A stretch of DNA of 64,000 nt. Source: Usitatibacter sp. Its GTDB lineage: Bacteria; Pseudomonadota; Gammaproteobacteria; Burkholderiales; Usitatibacteraceae. A program made the translations under genes and the position numbers. Where the stretch lies: the NCBI GenBank assembly GCA_036271595.1, contig DATBAI010000013.1:7154-71153 (forward strand), read 5' to 3'. This document shows positions 10,006 through 19,491 of this stretch, one piece after another; within the stretch, counting starts at the first letter, position 1; every line of letters starts with the position of its first letter. The notes below the pieces were generated by a model, which searched no databases, was not told the origin of the DNA, and was given only the letters and a program-made list of their open reading frames with translations.

Positions 10006-10469
10006 GCGAGGCGATGGAACAACGACATCAGATCGAAGAGCTGGTCTACCGCTCGTGCCTTGCCCTCGACGACCAGGATTTCAAGGCCTTCCTGGAGCTG
10101 TGCGATCCCGGGTTTCGCTACACGGTGACGGCGTACAGCCCGGAGATCCGCAAGGAGATGACCTGGCTGGACCACGACAAGGCGGGCATGGAGACCCTCT
10201 TCACGCAACTGCCGCGGCACAACAGCGACCACTCGCCGCTCACGCGCCACGCGACCGTGTACACGGTGAAGGTCGACGGCGGCGAGGCGGAGGTGGTGTC
10301 GGCGCTGCAGGTGTTCCGCACCACCCTCGACGGCGGCACGACCGAGCTCTATACCGTTGCTCGCCTGGTCGACACCGTGAAGCTCGATGGCGCCGCTCCC
10401 AGGCTCGTGCGTCGCCACGTGCGGATGGGCACCCGCGAGCTCGGCTTCGGCACGCACATCCCGTTTTGA
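10002..10469 (+). CDS. msmB: Oxygenase beta subunit, MsmB-like
   Basis: LVYRSCL.LD..DF..FL.LC, AYSPEIRKEM.WLDHD; GTG overlaps the msmA stop (alternative ATG at 10014). Confidence 0.8.
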   Translation: MSEAMEQRHQIEELVYRSCLALDDQDFKAFLELCDPGFRYTVTAYSPEIRKEMTWLDHDKAGMETLFTQLPRHNSDHSPLTRHATVYTVKVDGGEAEVVSALQVFRTTLDGGTTELYTVARLVDTVKLDGAAPRLVRRHVRMGTRELGFGTHIPF

Positions 10470-10483
10470 GCGATCCACGCTGC

Positions 10484-11512
10484 ATGCGCATCCAGGTGAA
10501 CGCCCGCAACCGCGCCTTCCAGTTCGATGCGCTCCCGGGCGAGAAGATCCTCTATGCGGGCCTCAGGGCGCAGGCCGCGCTCCCCTACGAGTGCGCCACG
10601 GGCACGTGTGGAACCTGCAAGGCGCGCCTGGTCGAGGGACGCATCGAGGATGCGTGGCCCGAGGCCCCGGGGCGCAAGTTCCTGAAGGCCGATCGCGGCG
10701 AATTCCTCATGTGCCAGTGCTCGGCCCAGGGCGACCTCGCGATCGAGGTCGCGAGCTTCGTTCATCCGGCCGATCCCGGCGAGTCCCGGGTGGGGCATGT
10801 CGGCGGCTCGGTGCGCTCGGTGCGGCCCCTCACGCACGACGTGAGCGCGGTCGAGGTTACGCTGGACGCGCCGTGCGAATTCGAGGCCGGGCAGTTCATG
10901 GCGGTGAGCGCGCCAGGGGTCGTGGGCATGCGCGGCTACTCGATGGTGAACTTCGAGCAGCCGGCGCGGCGCCTGGACTTCGTGGTGAAGAGGAAGCCCG
11001 GCGGAGGTTTCTCCGAGTGGCTCTTCTCCGGCAACGCGGTTGGCGCGCGCCTGGAAATGTTCGGTCCGCTCGGCAAGGCGACCTTCCATCCGTCGGCGGG
11101 CAAGAACATCCTGTGCATCGCCGGCGGCAGCGGCATCGCCGGGATGATGTCGATCCTCGGGCGCGCCGCGGCCGCGGGCTGCATGGAGCGGCACGACTTC
11201 CGCGTCTTCTTCGGCATTCGAACCTTGCGCGACGCGTTCTTCCTTCAGGAGCTCTCCGCGTTCGCGAAGGCGCAGGTCACGATCGCGTTGTCCGAGGAAG
11301 ACGTTCCCGAGCTCGTCTCGAAACAATGGCCCGGCCTGCGCTTCGAGCGCGGCCTGGTGCACGAGGCCGCGAAGCGGGCCATGGCCGGGCGATACCAGGA
11401 CGTGCGCGCTTACCTCGCGGGCCCCCCACCGGCGGTGGAGGCGTCCATCCGCGTGCTGCTGCTGGAGGCGAAGCTCACCGCCGATTGCATCCGTTACGAC
11501 AAGTTCAGCTGA
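10484..11512 (+). CDS. msmD: Oxygenase reductase (plant-type 2Fe-2S + FAD/NAD domains), MsmD-like
   Basis: CATGTCGTC...C cluster motif, RGYSM FAD motif, GGSGIAG NAD motif, YLAGPP, terminal DKFS. Confidence 0.8.
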   Translation: MRIQVNARNRAFQFDALPGEKILYAGLRAQAALPYECATGTCGTCKARLVEGRIEDAWPEAPGRKFLKADRGEFLMCQCSAQGDLAIEVASFVHPADPGESRVGHVGGSVRSVRPLTHDVSAVEVTLDAPCEFEAGQFMAVSAPGVVGMRGYSMVNFEQPARRLDFVVKRKPGGGFSEWLFSGNAVGARLEMFGPLGKATFHPSAGKNILCIAGGSGIAGMMSILGRAAAAGCMERHDFRVFFGIRTLRDAFFLQELSAFAKAQVTIALSEEDVPELVSKQWPGLRFERGLVHEAAKRAMAGRYQDVRAYLAGPPPAVEASIRVLLLEAKLTADCIRYDKFS

Positions 11513-11515
11513 GCG

Positions 11516-12244
11516 ATGGCCAGACGAATGATCTGCCGAACCAGCGAGGTGCCGGCCAACGGGTTGAAGGAGTGCGAGCTGGATGGGGGCATGAAGCTGC
11601 TCGTGGCCAATTCCGGGAGCGAATACTTCGCCGTGCAGGCCACGTGCCCGCACCAGGAGGTTGCGCTCTGCGAAGGGATGTACGACGGCAACGTCCTCAC
11701 CTGCCACCAGCACTTGTGGCAATGGGACATCCGCACCGGCGCGGCCATGGGCATGGCGGAGGCGCCGCTCGAGCGCTACGACGTGAGCGTCGAGGGCGAT
11801 GCGATCTACGTCGGCGCGCAGGGCGCGCTCAACGTGGGCGAGCTCTTCAGCGGCATCGGGGCCGCGACGCTCGAGGCGCTGGCACGGCTCGCGCGTCGCG
11901 AGGAGTTCGCGGCGGGGCAGGCGCTCTACGGGCCCGGCGACCGCGCCGACGATTTCTTCGTGCTGGAGTCGGGCCGCGTCGAATTCCGGCTCGGCCGCGG
12001 AGAGAACGCCAACCCCGCGGGGTTCATGCTGAAGAAGGGCGAGGTCTTCGGATGGGCGGCGCTGGTAGACGGGCATTCGCAACGCATCGCGAGCGCGCGC
12101 GCCCTCGAGGATTCGGCGCTGCTGCGGGTGAACGGCAAGCAGGCCCTGCAGCTCCTCGAATCGGATCCGGCCTCGGGATTCATCGTGATGCGCCGGCTCT
12201 CGGCGCTGATCGCACGCTTCCTCGCCGACGCGGGGGCGAAGTGA
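11516..12244 (+). CDS. msmC: Rieske ferredoxin (MsmC-like) fused to a C-terminal cNMP-binding-fold domain
   Basis: CPH-x16-CHQH in the first ~105 aa; then GDRADDFFVLESGRV..GEVFGWAAL..RIASA; no HTH. Confidence 0.75.
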   Translation: MARRMICRTSEVPANGLKECELDGGMKLLVANSGSEYFAVQATCPHQEVALCEGMYDGNVLTCHQHLWQWDIRTGAAMGMAEAPLERYDVSVEGDAIYVGAQGALNVGELFSGIGAATLEALARLARREEFAAGQALYGPGDRADDFFVLESGRVEFRLGRGENANPAGFMLKKGEVFGWAALVDGHSQRIASARALEDSALLRVNGKQALQLLESDPASGFIVMRRLSALIARFLADAGAK

Positions 12245-12304
12245 TGGGAATGTCGATGTGAAGTTCCATTCGTGACTCAAAACGATAACGGAGGAGGTCG
12301 GACC

Positions 12305-13453
12305 ATGAACAAGGCGTTCAAGTGCTTCGCTGCCGCGGCGATGGTTTCAATGACGATTGCCGCGCCGGTAGCTTTCGCAAAGGACTACGGCAAGGTCGGC
12401 GAGCCGGTGCACCTCGTGATCGGCTACCAGCCCTACTACACGCAGGCCTGGTCGGCGGTGATCCAGAAGGAGATGAAGCCGTGGGAAAAATACCTTCCCA
12501 AGGGCTCCACCGTCGACTGGGAGGTGGGCCTCCAGGGCGCCATCGTCGGTAACGCGATGCTCGCCGACAAGAACGACATCGGCTACATGGGCGACATGCC
12601 CACCATCGTCGCGATCAGCAAGCGCGAAATCCGCGAGCTGCGCATGGTGGCGGTCCTGGGCCTCGCCAACGACCAGTGCAGCGTCTTCCTTTCGCGTAAC
12701 GAGGCGCCGGACTTCAAGACGCCCGAAGAGGCGATCAAGTGGTGGAACGGCAAGCGAATCGCCGTCGCGAAGGGCAGCTGCACCGACCGCAGCGCCCAGG
12801 AGGCGATGCGCAAGTACAACATCAAGCCGGAGCAATACCTGAACCAGAACATCGAGGTGCAGACCTCGAACTTCAAGGCGGGCCGCCTCGACGGCTCGAT
12901 CGTGTGGGAGCCCACCGCCTCGAAGATCGTGATGGAAGGCATCGCCAAGCGCATCGCCGACACCAAGGTGATCGGCAAGCTGGACGGCGGCTTCATGGCC
13001 ATGCAGGAGGAGCTGATCAAGCAGCGCCCCGACGTGGTGAAGGCCTGGCTCGAGGCCGAGCTCGACGCGGACCTCTATTGGTCCAAGCCCGAGAACTACA
13101 TGAGTGTCGTCGAGATGGCCCACAAGAACGCCCAGGGCTTCAGCAAGGAAGAGCTCTGGATGGCGATGGCGGGCAAGTATCCCAAGAGCATGGGCGGGGG
13201 CGACGTGCGCAACATCATGTACTACGGCATCAACGACGATGTGCGCAACATGATGAAGGACGAAGTCACGTTCCTGCACGAGATCAAGATCCTGCCGATG
13301 GCCGAGCTGCCGGCCGACCTCGTCGATTCGAGCTGGACCGACGAGATCCTCAAGCGCCGTGGCCTCAAGGTACCGCTCGCCAAGATCGTGGCGCAGGACC
13401 CGTCCAAGTATCCCGGCGGGAAGATCCAGCTCCCGGCGTCGTGGCGGGAGTGA
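12305..13453 (+). CDS. msmE: ABC substrate-binding protein, MsmE/SsuA-like
   Basis: RBS GGAGGAGG, signal peptide, IGYQPYYT, GLQGAIV.NAMLA, GYMGDMP. Confidence 0.75.
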   Translation: MNKAFKCFAAAAMVSMTIAAPVAFAKDYGKVGEPVHLVIGYQPYYTQAWSAVIQKEMKPWEKYLPKGSTVDWEVGLQGAIVGNAMLADKNDIGYMGDMPTIVAISKREIRELRMVAVLGLANDQCSVFLSRNEAPDFKTPEEAIKWWNGKRIAVAKGSCTDRSAQEAMRKYNIKPEQYLNQNIEVQTSNFKAGRLDGSIVWEPTASKIVMEGIAKRIADTKVIGKLDGGFMAMQEELIKQRPDVVKAWLEAELDADLYWSKPENYMSVVEMAHKNAQGFSKEELWMAMAGKYPKSMGGGDVRNIMYYGINDDVRNMMKDEVTFLHEIKILPMAELPADLVDSSWTDEILKRRGLKVPLAKIVAQDPSKYPGGKIQLPASWRE

Positions 13454-13489
13454 TGCCGGCGTATTCCCACCCGGGAGGCCGGACGCGCC

Positions 13490-14365
13490 ATGGCTAGCAC
13501 TCGCATGACTTCCGGCGGGGAGATCGGTGCATGGGAAATGTTCCTGTACCGATTCTCCAAGTGGCTGCGCAGCCCCAGGCCCTACCTGATGGTCCTGGGG
13601 TTCGTGCTGTTCTTCGGCGCGTGGTTCCTGCTCTCGGAGGTGTTCAAGGTGTGGCGCTTCGCGAGCCTGCCCGGCCCGCGCCAGGTGCTGCACGAATGGT
13701 TCAGCCGCAATCCGGTGTACGGCATGTCGCTGTACACGCCGGATTACTACATGCACATCGGGATGAGCGTGCGGCGGGTGCTCTATGCGTTCGTGATCTC
13801 GACCTGCCTGGGCGTGCCGTTCGGCCTCTTCCTCGGCTGGTCGAAGAACTTCCGCGACTTCACCTTCCCGGTGTTCGAGACGCTGCGGCCGATCCCGGTG
13901 CTCGCGTGGGTGCCGCTCGCCATCGTGATGTTCCGCGCCGACGAGACGCCGGTGATCTTCCTCACCACGCTGGCGTCGTTCTACGCGACGGCCCTCAACA
14001 CCATGCTGGGCGTGCAATCGATCGACGAGTCCTACCCGCGCGCCGCCGCCTGCCTGGGCGCGAGCCGGTGGCAGATCTTCCGCCATGTCATCGTCCCCGG
14101 GGCGCTGCCGTTCATCTTCACCGGGTTGCAGATTTCCGTGGGTGTGGCCTGGTTCTCGCTGGTGGCCGCGGAGATGGTGTCGGGCGAATACGGCCTGGGC
14201 TACCTCATCAACAGCTCCTACGTGAACGTCCAGTACCAGGTGATCATCATCGGCATGATCTCGGTGGGCATCGTGGGCTATGCGAGCAGCGCGCTGGTGC
14301 GCCTCGCGGGCGACTACCTGATGCAGTGGCGGGTGCGCGAGCTGGCGCTGGGAGCCGGGCGATGA
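13490..14365 (+). CDS. msmF: ABC permease (nitrate/sulfonate family)
   Basis: LRPIPVLAWVP and EAA-type loop RAAACLGASRWQIFRHV. Confidence 0.75.
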   Translation: MASTRMTSGGEIGAWEMFLYRFSKWLRSPRPYLMVLGFVLFFGAWFLLSEVFKVWRFASLPGPRQVLHEWFSRNPVYGMSLYTPDYYMHIGMSVRRVLYAFVISTCLGVPFGLFLGWSKNFRDFTFPVFETLRPIPVLAWVPLAIVMFRADETPVIFLTTLASFYATALNTMLGVQSIDESYPRAAACLGASRWQIFRHVIVPGALPFIFTGLQISVGVAWFSLVAAEMVSGEYGLGYLINSSYVNVQYQVIIIGMISVGIVGYASSALVRLAGDYLMQWRVRELALGAGR

Positions 14366-15228
14366 ACGCACCGGACCTGGTCGCGGCCTCGCCTTCGGCG
14401 CAGCACGCGGCCAAGGGCGCGATCCGAATCCAGAACGTCGACAAGCGGTACTACGCGCGCGAGGGCCAGGTGCAGGCGGTCTCCGACTGCACCCTGGACA
14501 TCCGCGCCGGCGAGATCTGCATGATCGTGGGGCCGTCGGGCTGCGGCAAGACCACGCTGCTGAACGCCATCGCGGGGTTCCACGACATCACCGGCGGCGC
14601 GATCTACCTCGACGGGCAGATGCTGTGCGGGCCCGGCAAGCCCAAGGCCGAACCGGGTCCCGACCGGGTCGTGGTGTTCCAGAACGGGGCGCTTTTCCCG
14701 TGGAAGACCAACCTGGAGAACGTGGCCTTCGGCCCCGTGGTCCAGGGACGGTTGAGGAAGAAGCAGGCGGCCGAGAAGGCGCGCGGCATGATGGCGGACG
14801 CGGGGCTCGCGGGCGTCGAGCACAACTATCCCGGCGAGATCTCCTCGGGCATGCGCCGGCGCGTGGAGATCGTGCGCGCGCTGATGAACGACCCGAAGGT
14901 GCTGCTGCTGGACGAGCCGTTCCGCGCGCTCGACTCGCTCACCAAGTCGGTGATGCACGAGGCGCTGCTCGAGATCTACTACAAGAACAAGGTCACGACG
15001 TTCTTCATCACCCACGACCTCGAGGAAGCGATTTTCCTGGGCCATCGCGTCGTCATCATGACGACGCGGCCTTGCCGCCCCAAGTTGATCCTCGAGGTGG
15101 ATATCCCGCATCCGCGCAACTACAGCGTGCTCACCAGCCCGCGGTTTCGCGAGCTGATGGAGGAGACGGTGAACGCGGTGCACGAAGAGGCGGTCAAGGC
15201 CTTCGAGGCCGGCGAGAAGGAGATGTGA
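14362..15228 (+). CDS. msmG: ABC ATPase 1
   Basis: GPSGCGKTT, deviant signature ISSGM, LLLDEPF, ITHD. Confidence 0.8.
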   Translation: MNAPDLVAASPSAQHAAKGAIRIQNVDKRYYAREGQVQAVSDCTLDIRAGEICMIVGPSGCGKTTLLNAIAGFHDITGGAIYLDGQMLCGPGKPKAEPGPDRVVVFQNGALFPWKTNLENVAFGPVVQGRLRKKQAAEKARGMMADAGLAGVEHNYPGEISSGMRRRVEIVRALMNDPKVLLLDEPFRALDSLTKSVMHEALLEIYYKNKVTTFFITHDLEEAIFLGHRVVIMTTRPCRPKLILEVDIPHPRNYSVLTSPRFRELMEETVNAVHEEAVKAFEAGEKEM

Positions 15229-16064
15229 TGAGCGCCGCCATCGCCACCGCGGTTCGCCCGATCGCGCGCCCGCGCCAATCCATCTTCCGCAACCGCGTCG
15301 TGCGGGCGGTGATCTCCATCGCGTCGTTCGTCATCCTTTGGGAGATCGGGTCGCGGCTCAAGCTGCCATGGGTGGGCGACGTGCCCGCGCCCACCGTCGT
15401 GATGAAGGCGTGGGTGCCGCTGCTGCACGACCCGGGATACTGGTACAGCTGGTACCAGAGCTCGCGGCGCGTGCTGACCGGCTTCGTCGCGGCCATGCTG
15501 GTCGGCATCCCGCTCGGCCTCGCGATGGCGACGAGCCGCGTCTTTCGCGACATCACGTTCCCGGTCTTCGAGATCCTGCGGCCGGTGCCGCCGCTCGCAT
15601 GGGTGCCGGCGGCGATCATCTTCTGGCCGACGCAGGAGCTCTCCATCGGCTTCGTGATCTTCCTCGGGGCCATCTTCACCATCATGCTGAACGTGATCGG
15701 CGGCGCACGCTCCATCGACGTGCGCTTCTTCCAGGCGGCCCGCTCCATGGGCTCTAGCAACTGGGACATCTTCCGGCGCATCGTCCTGCCGGGCGTGCTG
15801 CCCTCGATCGTGGTCGGCTGCGAGGTCGGCATCGGCATCACCTGGAACGTGGTCGTGGCCGCGGAGATGATCTCGGGGGGCGGGGGCGCGATCCAGTCGA
15901 GCGCCGGCGGCGGCCTCGGATTCTTCATCTGGAGCTCGTACATCGGCGGCTCCTATCCGCTGATCGTCGTGGGCATGATCAGCATCGGCATCGCGGGCTA
16001 CATCTCCAGCGCCATCATCCGGCGACTGGGCATGCTGGTGATGCCGTGGGTGAGGGTGCGATGA
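15228..16064 (+). CDS. msmH: ABC permease 2
   Basis: LRPVPPLAWVP, QAARSMGSS; ATG overlaps the preceding stop. Confidence 0.75.
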   Translation: MSAAIATAVRPIARPRQSIFRNRVVRAVISIASFVILWEIGSRLKLPWVGDVPAPTVVMKAWVPLLHDPGYWYSWYQSSRRVLTGFVAAMLVGIPLGLAMATSRVFRDITFPVFEILRPVPPLAWVPAAIIFWPTQELSIGFVIFLGAIFTIMLNVIGGARSIDVRFFQAARSMGSSNWDIFRRIVLPGVLPSIVVGCEVGIGITWNVVVAAEMISGGGGAIQSSAGGGLGFFIWSSYIGGSYPLIVVGMISIGIAGYISSAIIRRLGMLVMPWVRVR

Positions 16065-16945
16065 GCGTCGCCCCGGCTCCCGGCGGCAAGCTCGCCGCCT
16101 CCATCAAGCCGAGCGAGATGCGCATCGCCAACGTCTCCAAGGGCTATGGCGATGCGCGCTTCCGTACCGAGGTCGTGCGCGACTGCTCGTTCGTCATCGA
16201 GCGAAGCAAGCTCACGGTGATGATCGGTCCGTCGGGATGCGGCAAGAGCACGCTCATCCGGCTGCTGGCGGGATTCGAGAAGCCCGACAGCGGCAGCATC
16301 ACCCTGAACGGCGTGCCGGTGACGGGGCCGGGCCGCGACCGCCTGGTGCTCTTCCAAGAGTCCGCGCTCTTCCCGTGGATGAACACCTGGGACAACACCA
16401 TGTACGGGCCGCGGGCGCGCGGAGAGGCCACCGCCGAGAACCGCGACATGGCGGAGTTCCTGCTGAACAAGGTCGGCCTGGGACAGTTCCGCAAGAAGTA
16501 CCCGACGCAGCTCTCGGGGGGGATGCAGCGGCGCGCCGAGCTCGCGCGCGCCATGATCAACAACCCCGCCGCGATGATCCTGGACGAGCCGTTCCGCGGC
16601 CTCGACGCCATGACCAAGGAGCTCATGTGGGAGTACTACTCGCGCCTCTTCGAGGAGACGCGGCGCACCAATTTCTTCGTGACCACGGACATCGACGAGG
16701 CGATCTTCCTCGCCGACCGGCTGCTGATCATGTCGAACATTCCCTGCCAGGTGCGCGCGGTGCTCGACATCGACATTCCGCGGCCCCGGCGCCTCGTCGC
16801 CATGGTGGAGAACGACCGCGCCAACGAGATCAAGATGAGCGCGCTCTCGATCCTGCACGAGGAGGCGATGAAGTCTTTCTCCCGGGGGAGCAAGGCGGCG
16901 GCGGACTTCGTCGACGCCTACTCCCGGCGGGTCGCCAAGGGCTGA
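16061..16945 (+). CDS. ABC ATPase 2 (H-loop His replaced by Thr)
   Basis: GPSGCGKST, LSGGM, MILDEPF, VTTD. Confidence 0.85.
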   Translation: MSVAPAPGGKLAASIKPSEMRIANVSKGYGDARFRTEVVRDCSFVIERSKLTVMIGPSGCGKSTLIRLLAGFEKPDSGSITLNGVPVTGPGRDRLVLFQESALFPWMNTWDNTMYGPRARGEATAENRDMAEFLLNKVGLGQFRKKYPTQLSGGMQRRAELARAMINNPAAMILDEPFRGLDAMTKELMWEYYSRLFEETRRTNFFVTTDIDEAIFLADRLLIMSNIPCQVRAVLDIDIPRPRRLVAMVENDRANEIKMSALSILHEEAMKSFSRGSKAAADFVDAYSRRVAKG

Positions 16946-16973
16946 TGGACACCGGGCCAAGGGGAGCGCCGCC

Positions 16974-17837
16974 ATGAGCGCGATCGTGATCGACGGCAAT
17001 GCCATCGCGCGCGAGGTGCGCGCGCAGTGGAAGCAGCGCGCCGACCGCCTGAACGCCCATGGCTGCGCGCCCGGCCTCGCGGTCATCATGGTGGGTGACA
17101 ATGCCGCCTCGGCCGTGTACGTGGCCAACAAGCTGCGCGCCTCCGCCGAGATGGGCATTCGCTCGGAGCGCTTCCTCTACCCCGCGGACGCGCCCGAGGG
17201 CCTGGTCCTCGACTGCATCCGCGCGCTCAATGCCGACCCCGCGATCCACGGCATCCTGGTGCAGTTGCCATTGCCACCGCACATCTCGGTGCGCAAGGTC
17301 CTGGAGACCGTCTCGCCCGACAAGGACGTGGACGGCTTCCATCTCTACAACGTGGGCGGCCTCGTGGCCGGGGGCACGGTGTTCCCGCCGTGCACGCCTT
17401 ATGGCGTCATGTGCATCCTCGACAAGACCGGCATTCCCGTGACCGGGCAGAACGTCACGGTGGTGGGCGCCTCGAACGTCGTGGGGAAGCCCCTGGGGCT
17501 CATGTTCCTGCAACGCGAGGCGACGGTGGCGATCTGCCACGTGAAGACGCGCGACCTCGCGCAATTCACCATCGCCGCCGACATCCTGGTGGTGGCCGCG
17601 GGGCATCCCAACCTGGTGACCGCACCCATGGTGCGTACGGGCGCCGTGGTGATCGACGTGGGCATCAACCGCCTTCCCGACGGGCGCCTGCTGGGCGACG
17701 TCGAGTTCGAGACCGTGCGCCAGAAGGCTTCGTACATCACGCCGGTGCCTGGCGGCGTGGGGCCGATGACCGTGACGATGCTCCTCTGCAACACCATCGC
17801 TTCCGCGGAGCGCTTCCACCAGGCGCGCGCGGCCTGA
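16974..17837 (+). CDS. folD: Bifunctional methylene-THF dehydrogenase/methenyl-THF cyclohydrolase
   Basis: HGILVQLPLP, KDVDGFH, PCTP, VGAS.VVGKP, DVGINR, ITPVPGGVGPMT. Confidence 0.96.
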   Translation: MSAIVIDGNAIAREVRAQWKQRADRLNAHGCAPGLAVIMVGDNAASAVYVANKLRASAEMGIRSERFLYPADAPEGLVLDCIRALNADPAIHGILVQLPLPPHISVRKVLETVSPDKDVDGFHLYNVGGLVAGGTVFPPCTPYGVMCILDKTGIPVTGQNVTVVGASNVVGKPLGLMFLQREATVAICHVKTRDLAQFTIAADILVVAAGHPNLVTAPMVRTGAVVIDVGINRLPDGRLLGDVEFETVRQKASYITPVPGGVGPMTVTMLLCNTIASAERFHQARAA

Positions 17838-17847
17838 CGGGAAGAAC

Positions 17848-18738
17848 CTAGCCGGGCAGGGGCGCCGCCCGCGGCCGAAGCCGCTCGCGATCGTAGAACG
17901 GGAGCTCGGCCACGCGTGCGCGCCGGTCACCCGCGCGCACCTCGCTGCCGATGACGGCCTCGGGCGCGACAAACCCCAGCGCCAACGCCTTTCCGAGAGT
18001 CGGCGACAAGCATTCGCTGGTGATCGCCGCAGGCGGAAGCTCGGCGCCTGGGCGGCCCTCGAGGATCTCGAGCCCCGCCAGCCGGCGGCGCAGTGCGAAA
18101 CGCGTACCGCCATCGACCAGCCGTTCGAGGCCGAGCTCACGGGGATTCGCCTCGCCGTCCACCTCGCGATCGAAGAGCACGTAACCCGCCTCGATGCGAA
18201 GGCTGTCCGCTGCAGCCCAGCCGCACTCGCGCAGCCCCTCGACGCGCCCGGCCTCGAGTAGCCGGCGCCTCAGCGCGTTTACCTCATCCGCGGGGACCAG
18301 CAACTCGTATCCCAGCTCGCCGCAGTAGCCGATGCGGGCCACGATGATTTCCTGCACCTCGGTGAAGCGGAAGTAACGCAGCGCCGCCACGGCGTCGCGG
18401 CCGATGAGGCGTGCCAGCACCGTGCCGCTCGCCGGCCCCTGCAGCGCGAGGATTGCGAGCTCGCCCGAACGGTCGCGCCCGCCGTAGGCCGCGCGCTTGC
18501 CCGCGAATAGCCAGTAGCGCCGCGGCCCGCGCCGCCACACCGTGGCGTCGATGCGCACCGCCCCATTCGGCGCGAGAAGGAGCGTGTAGGCGATCTGGCC
18601 GATTTCCAGCCCCGTCAGGTCGCGGCTCTGCAGCGCCTGCAGAGCCTCGGCATCGTCGAACTCGTAGTGCCCCATGAACGAAAAGTCGAAGAGGCCCACG
18701 CCTTCCCGCACGGCGAGATGCTCCTCGGCACTGCTCAA
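17848..18738 (-). CDS. Stand-alone, shortened GcvT-family (folate-binding aminomethyltransferase-like) protein
   Basis: EEHLAVREGVGLFDFSFMG, RIGYCGELGYEL, DSLRIEAGY; TTG start overlaps the tauE stop (start inferred). Confidence 0.75.
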   Translation of the reverse strand: MSSAEEHLAVREGVGLFDFSFMGHYEFDDAEALQALQSRDLTGLEIGQIAYTLLLAPNGAVRIDATVWRRGPRRYWLFAGKRAAYGGRDRSGELAILALQGPASGTVLARLIGRDAVAALRYFRFTEVQEIIVARIGYCGELGYELLVPADEVNALRRRLLEAGRVEGLRECGWAAADSLRIEAGYVLFDREVDGEANPRELGLERLVDGGTRFALRRRLAGLEILEGRPGAELPPAAITSECLSPTLGKALALGFVAPEAVIGSEVRAGDRRARVAELPFYDRERLRPRAAPLPG

Positions 18739-19484
18739 ATGGCGCGAACCAGCATGAAGAGCCCGACCACGATGCAAAGGCCCGCGGCCATGCGCCGCAG
18801 CACCACCATGCTCACCGCATGCGCGGCCCGGGTACCGAGCGCCACGCCGATGAGGGAGAGCGGCGCGACCCAGGCCGCGGTGAGGAAGTCGATCGAGCCG
18901 AACTGCAGGTTCCCGGCCGTACCCGACACGGCGACCACGATCTGCAGCACCTGGCTCGCGCCGATGGCTTCGAGCGGGACGAAGCCCAGCGCCATCATCA
19001 ACGGCACGGCGAACACGGGCCCGCCCGCGCCCGAAAGGCCCGAGCCGAAGCCGGCCGCCGCGCCGACGCTCGCGAGGAGCACCTGCTGCGCGGCGCCGCG
19101 GCCGGTTCGGTACACACCCTCGGCACGCCGCGACGGGAGCATCACGTAGAGTCCCGCGAAGACGATGATCGAGGCGATGATGAGGGTGAGCAACCGCGGC
19201 TCGACGTAGGAGTTCACCATCGCGCCGATGTAGCTGAAGATCACCGAGCCCACGCATATCGGCACCGTCAAGCGCCACTGGATCGAGCCGCGTACGTAGA
19301 AGAGCCACGTGCCGAGGACCCCGGTGAAGATGAACGTGAAGAGCGCGGTCGCGCTGGCGCGGTGGATGTCCATCCCGCCAAGGATCGCGAGCGCCGGGAT
19401 GGCCAGCACGCCGCCCACCCCGACCGAGCCGATGAAGAAGCCCACCACCGCGGCGACGACGGCGAGGAGCGCGGTCGCGGCCAT
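18735..19484 (-). CDS. TauE/SafE family sulfite exporter
   Basis: GSVGVGG.LAIP and GLSGAGG.VFAVP glycine motifs, about 8 TM helices. Confidence 0.85.
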   Translation of the reverse strand: MAATALLAVVAAVVGFFIGSVGVGGVLAIPALAILGGMDIHRASATALFTFIFTGVLGTWLFYVRGSIQWRLTVPICVGSVIFSYIGAMVNSYVEPRLLTLIIASIIVFAGLYVMLPSRRAEGVYRTGRGAAQQVLLASVGAAAGFGSGLSGAGGPVFAVPLMMALGFVPLEAIGASQVLQIVVAVSGTAGNLQFGSIDFLTAAWVAPLSLIGVALGTRAAHAVSMVVLRRMAAGLCIVVGLFMLVRAI

Positions 19485-19491
19485 CGCGTGC

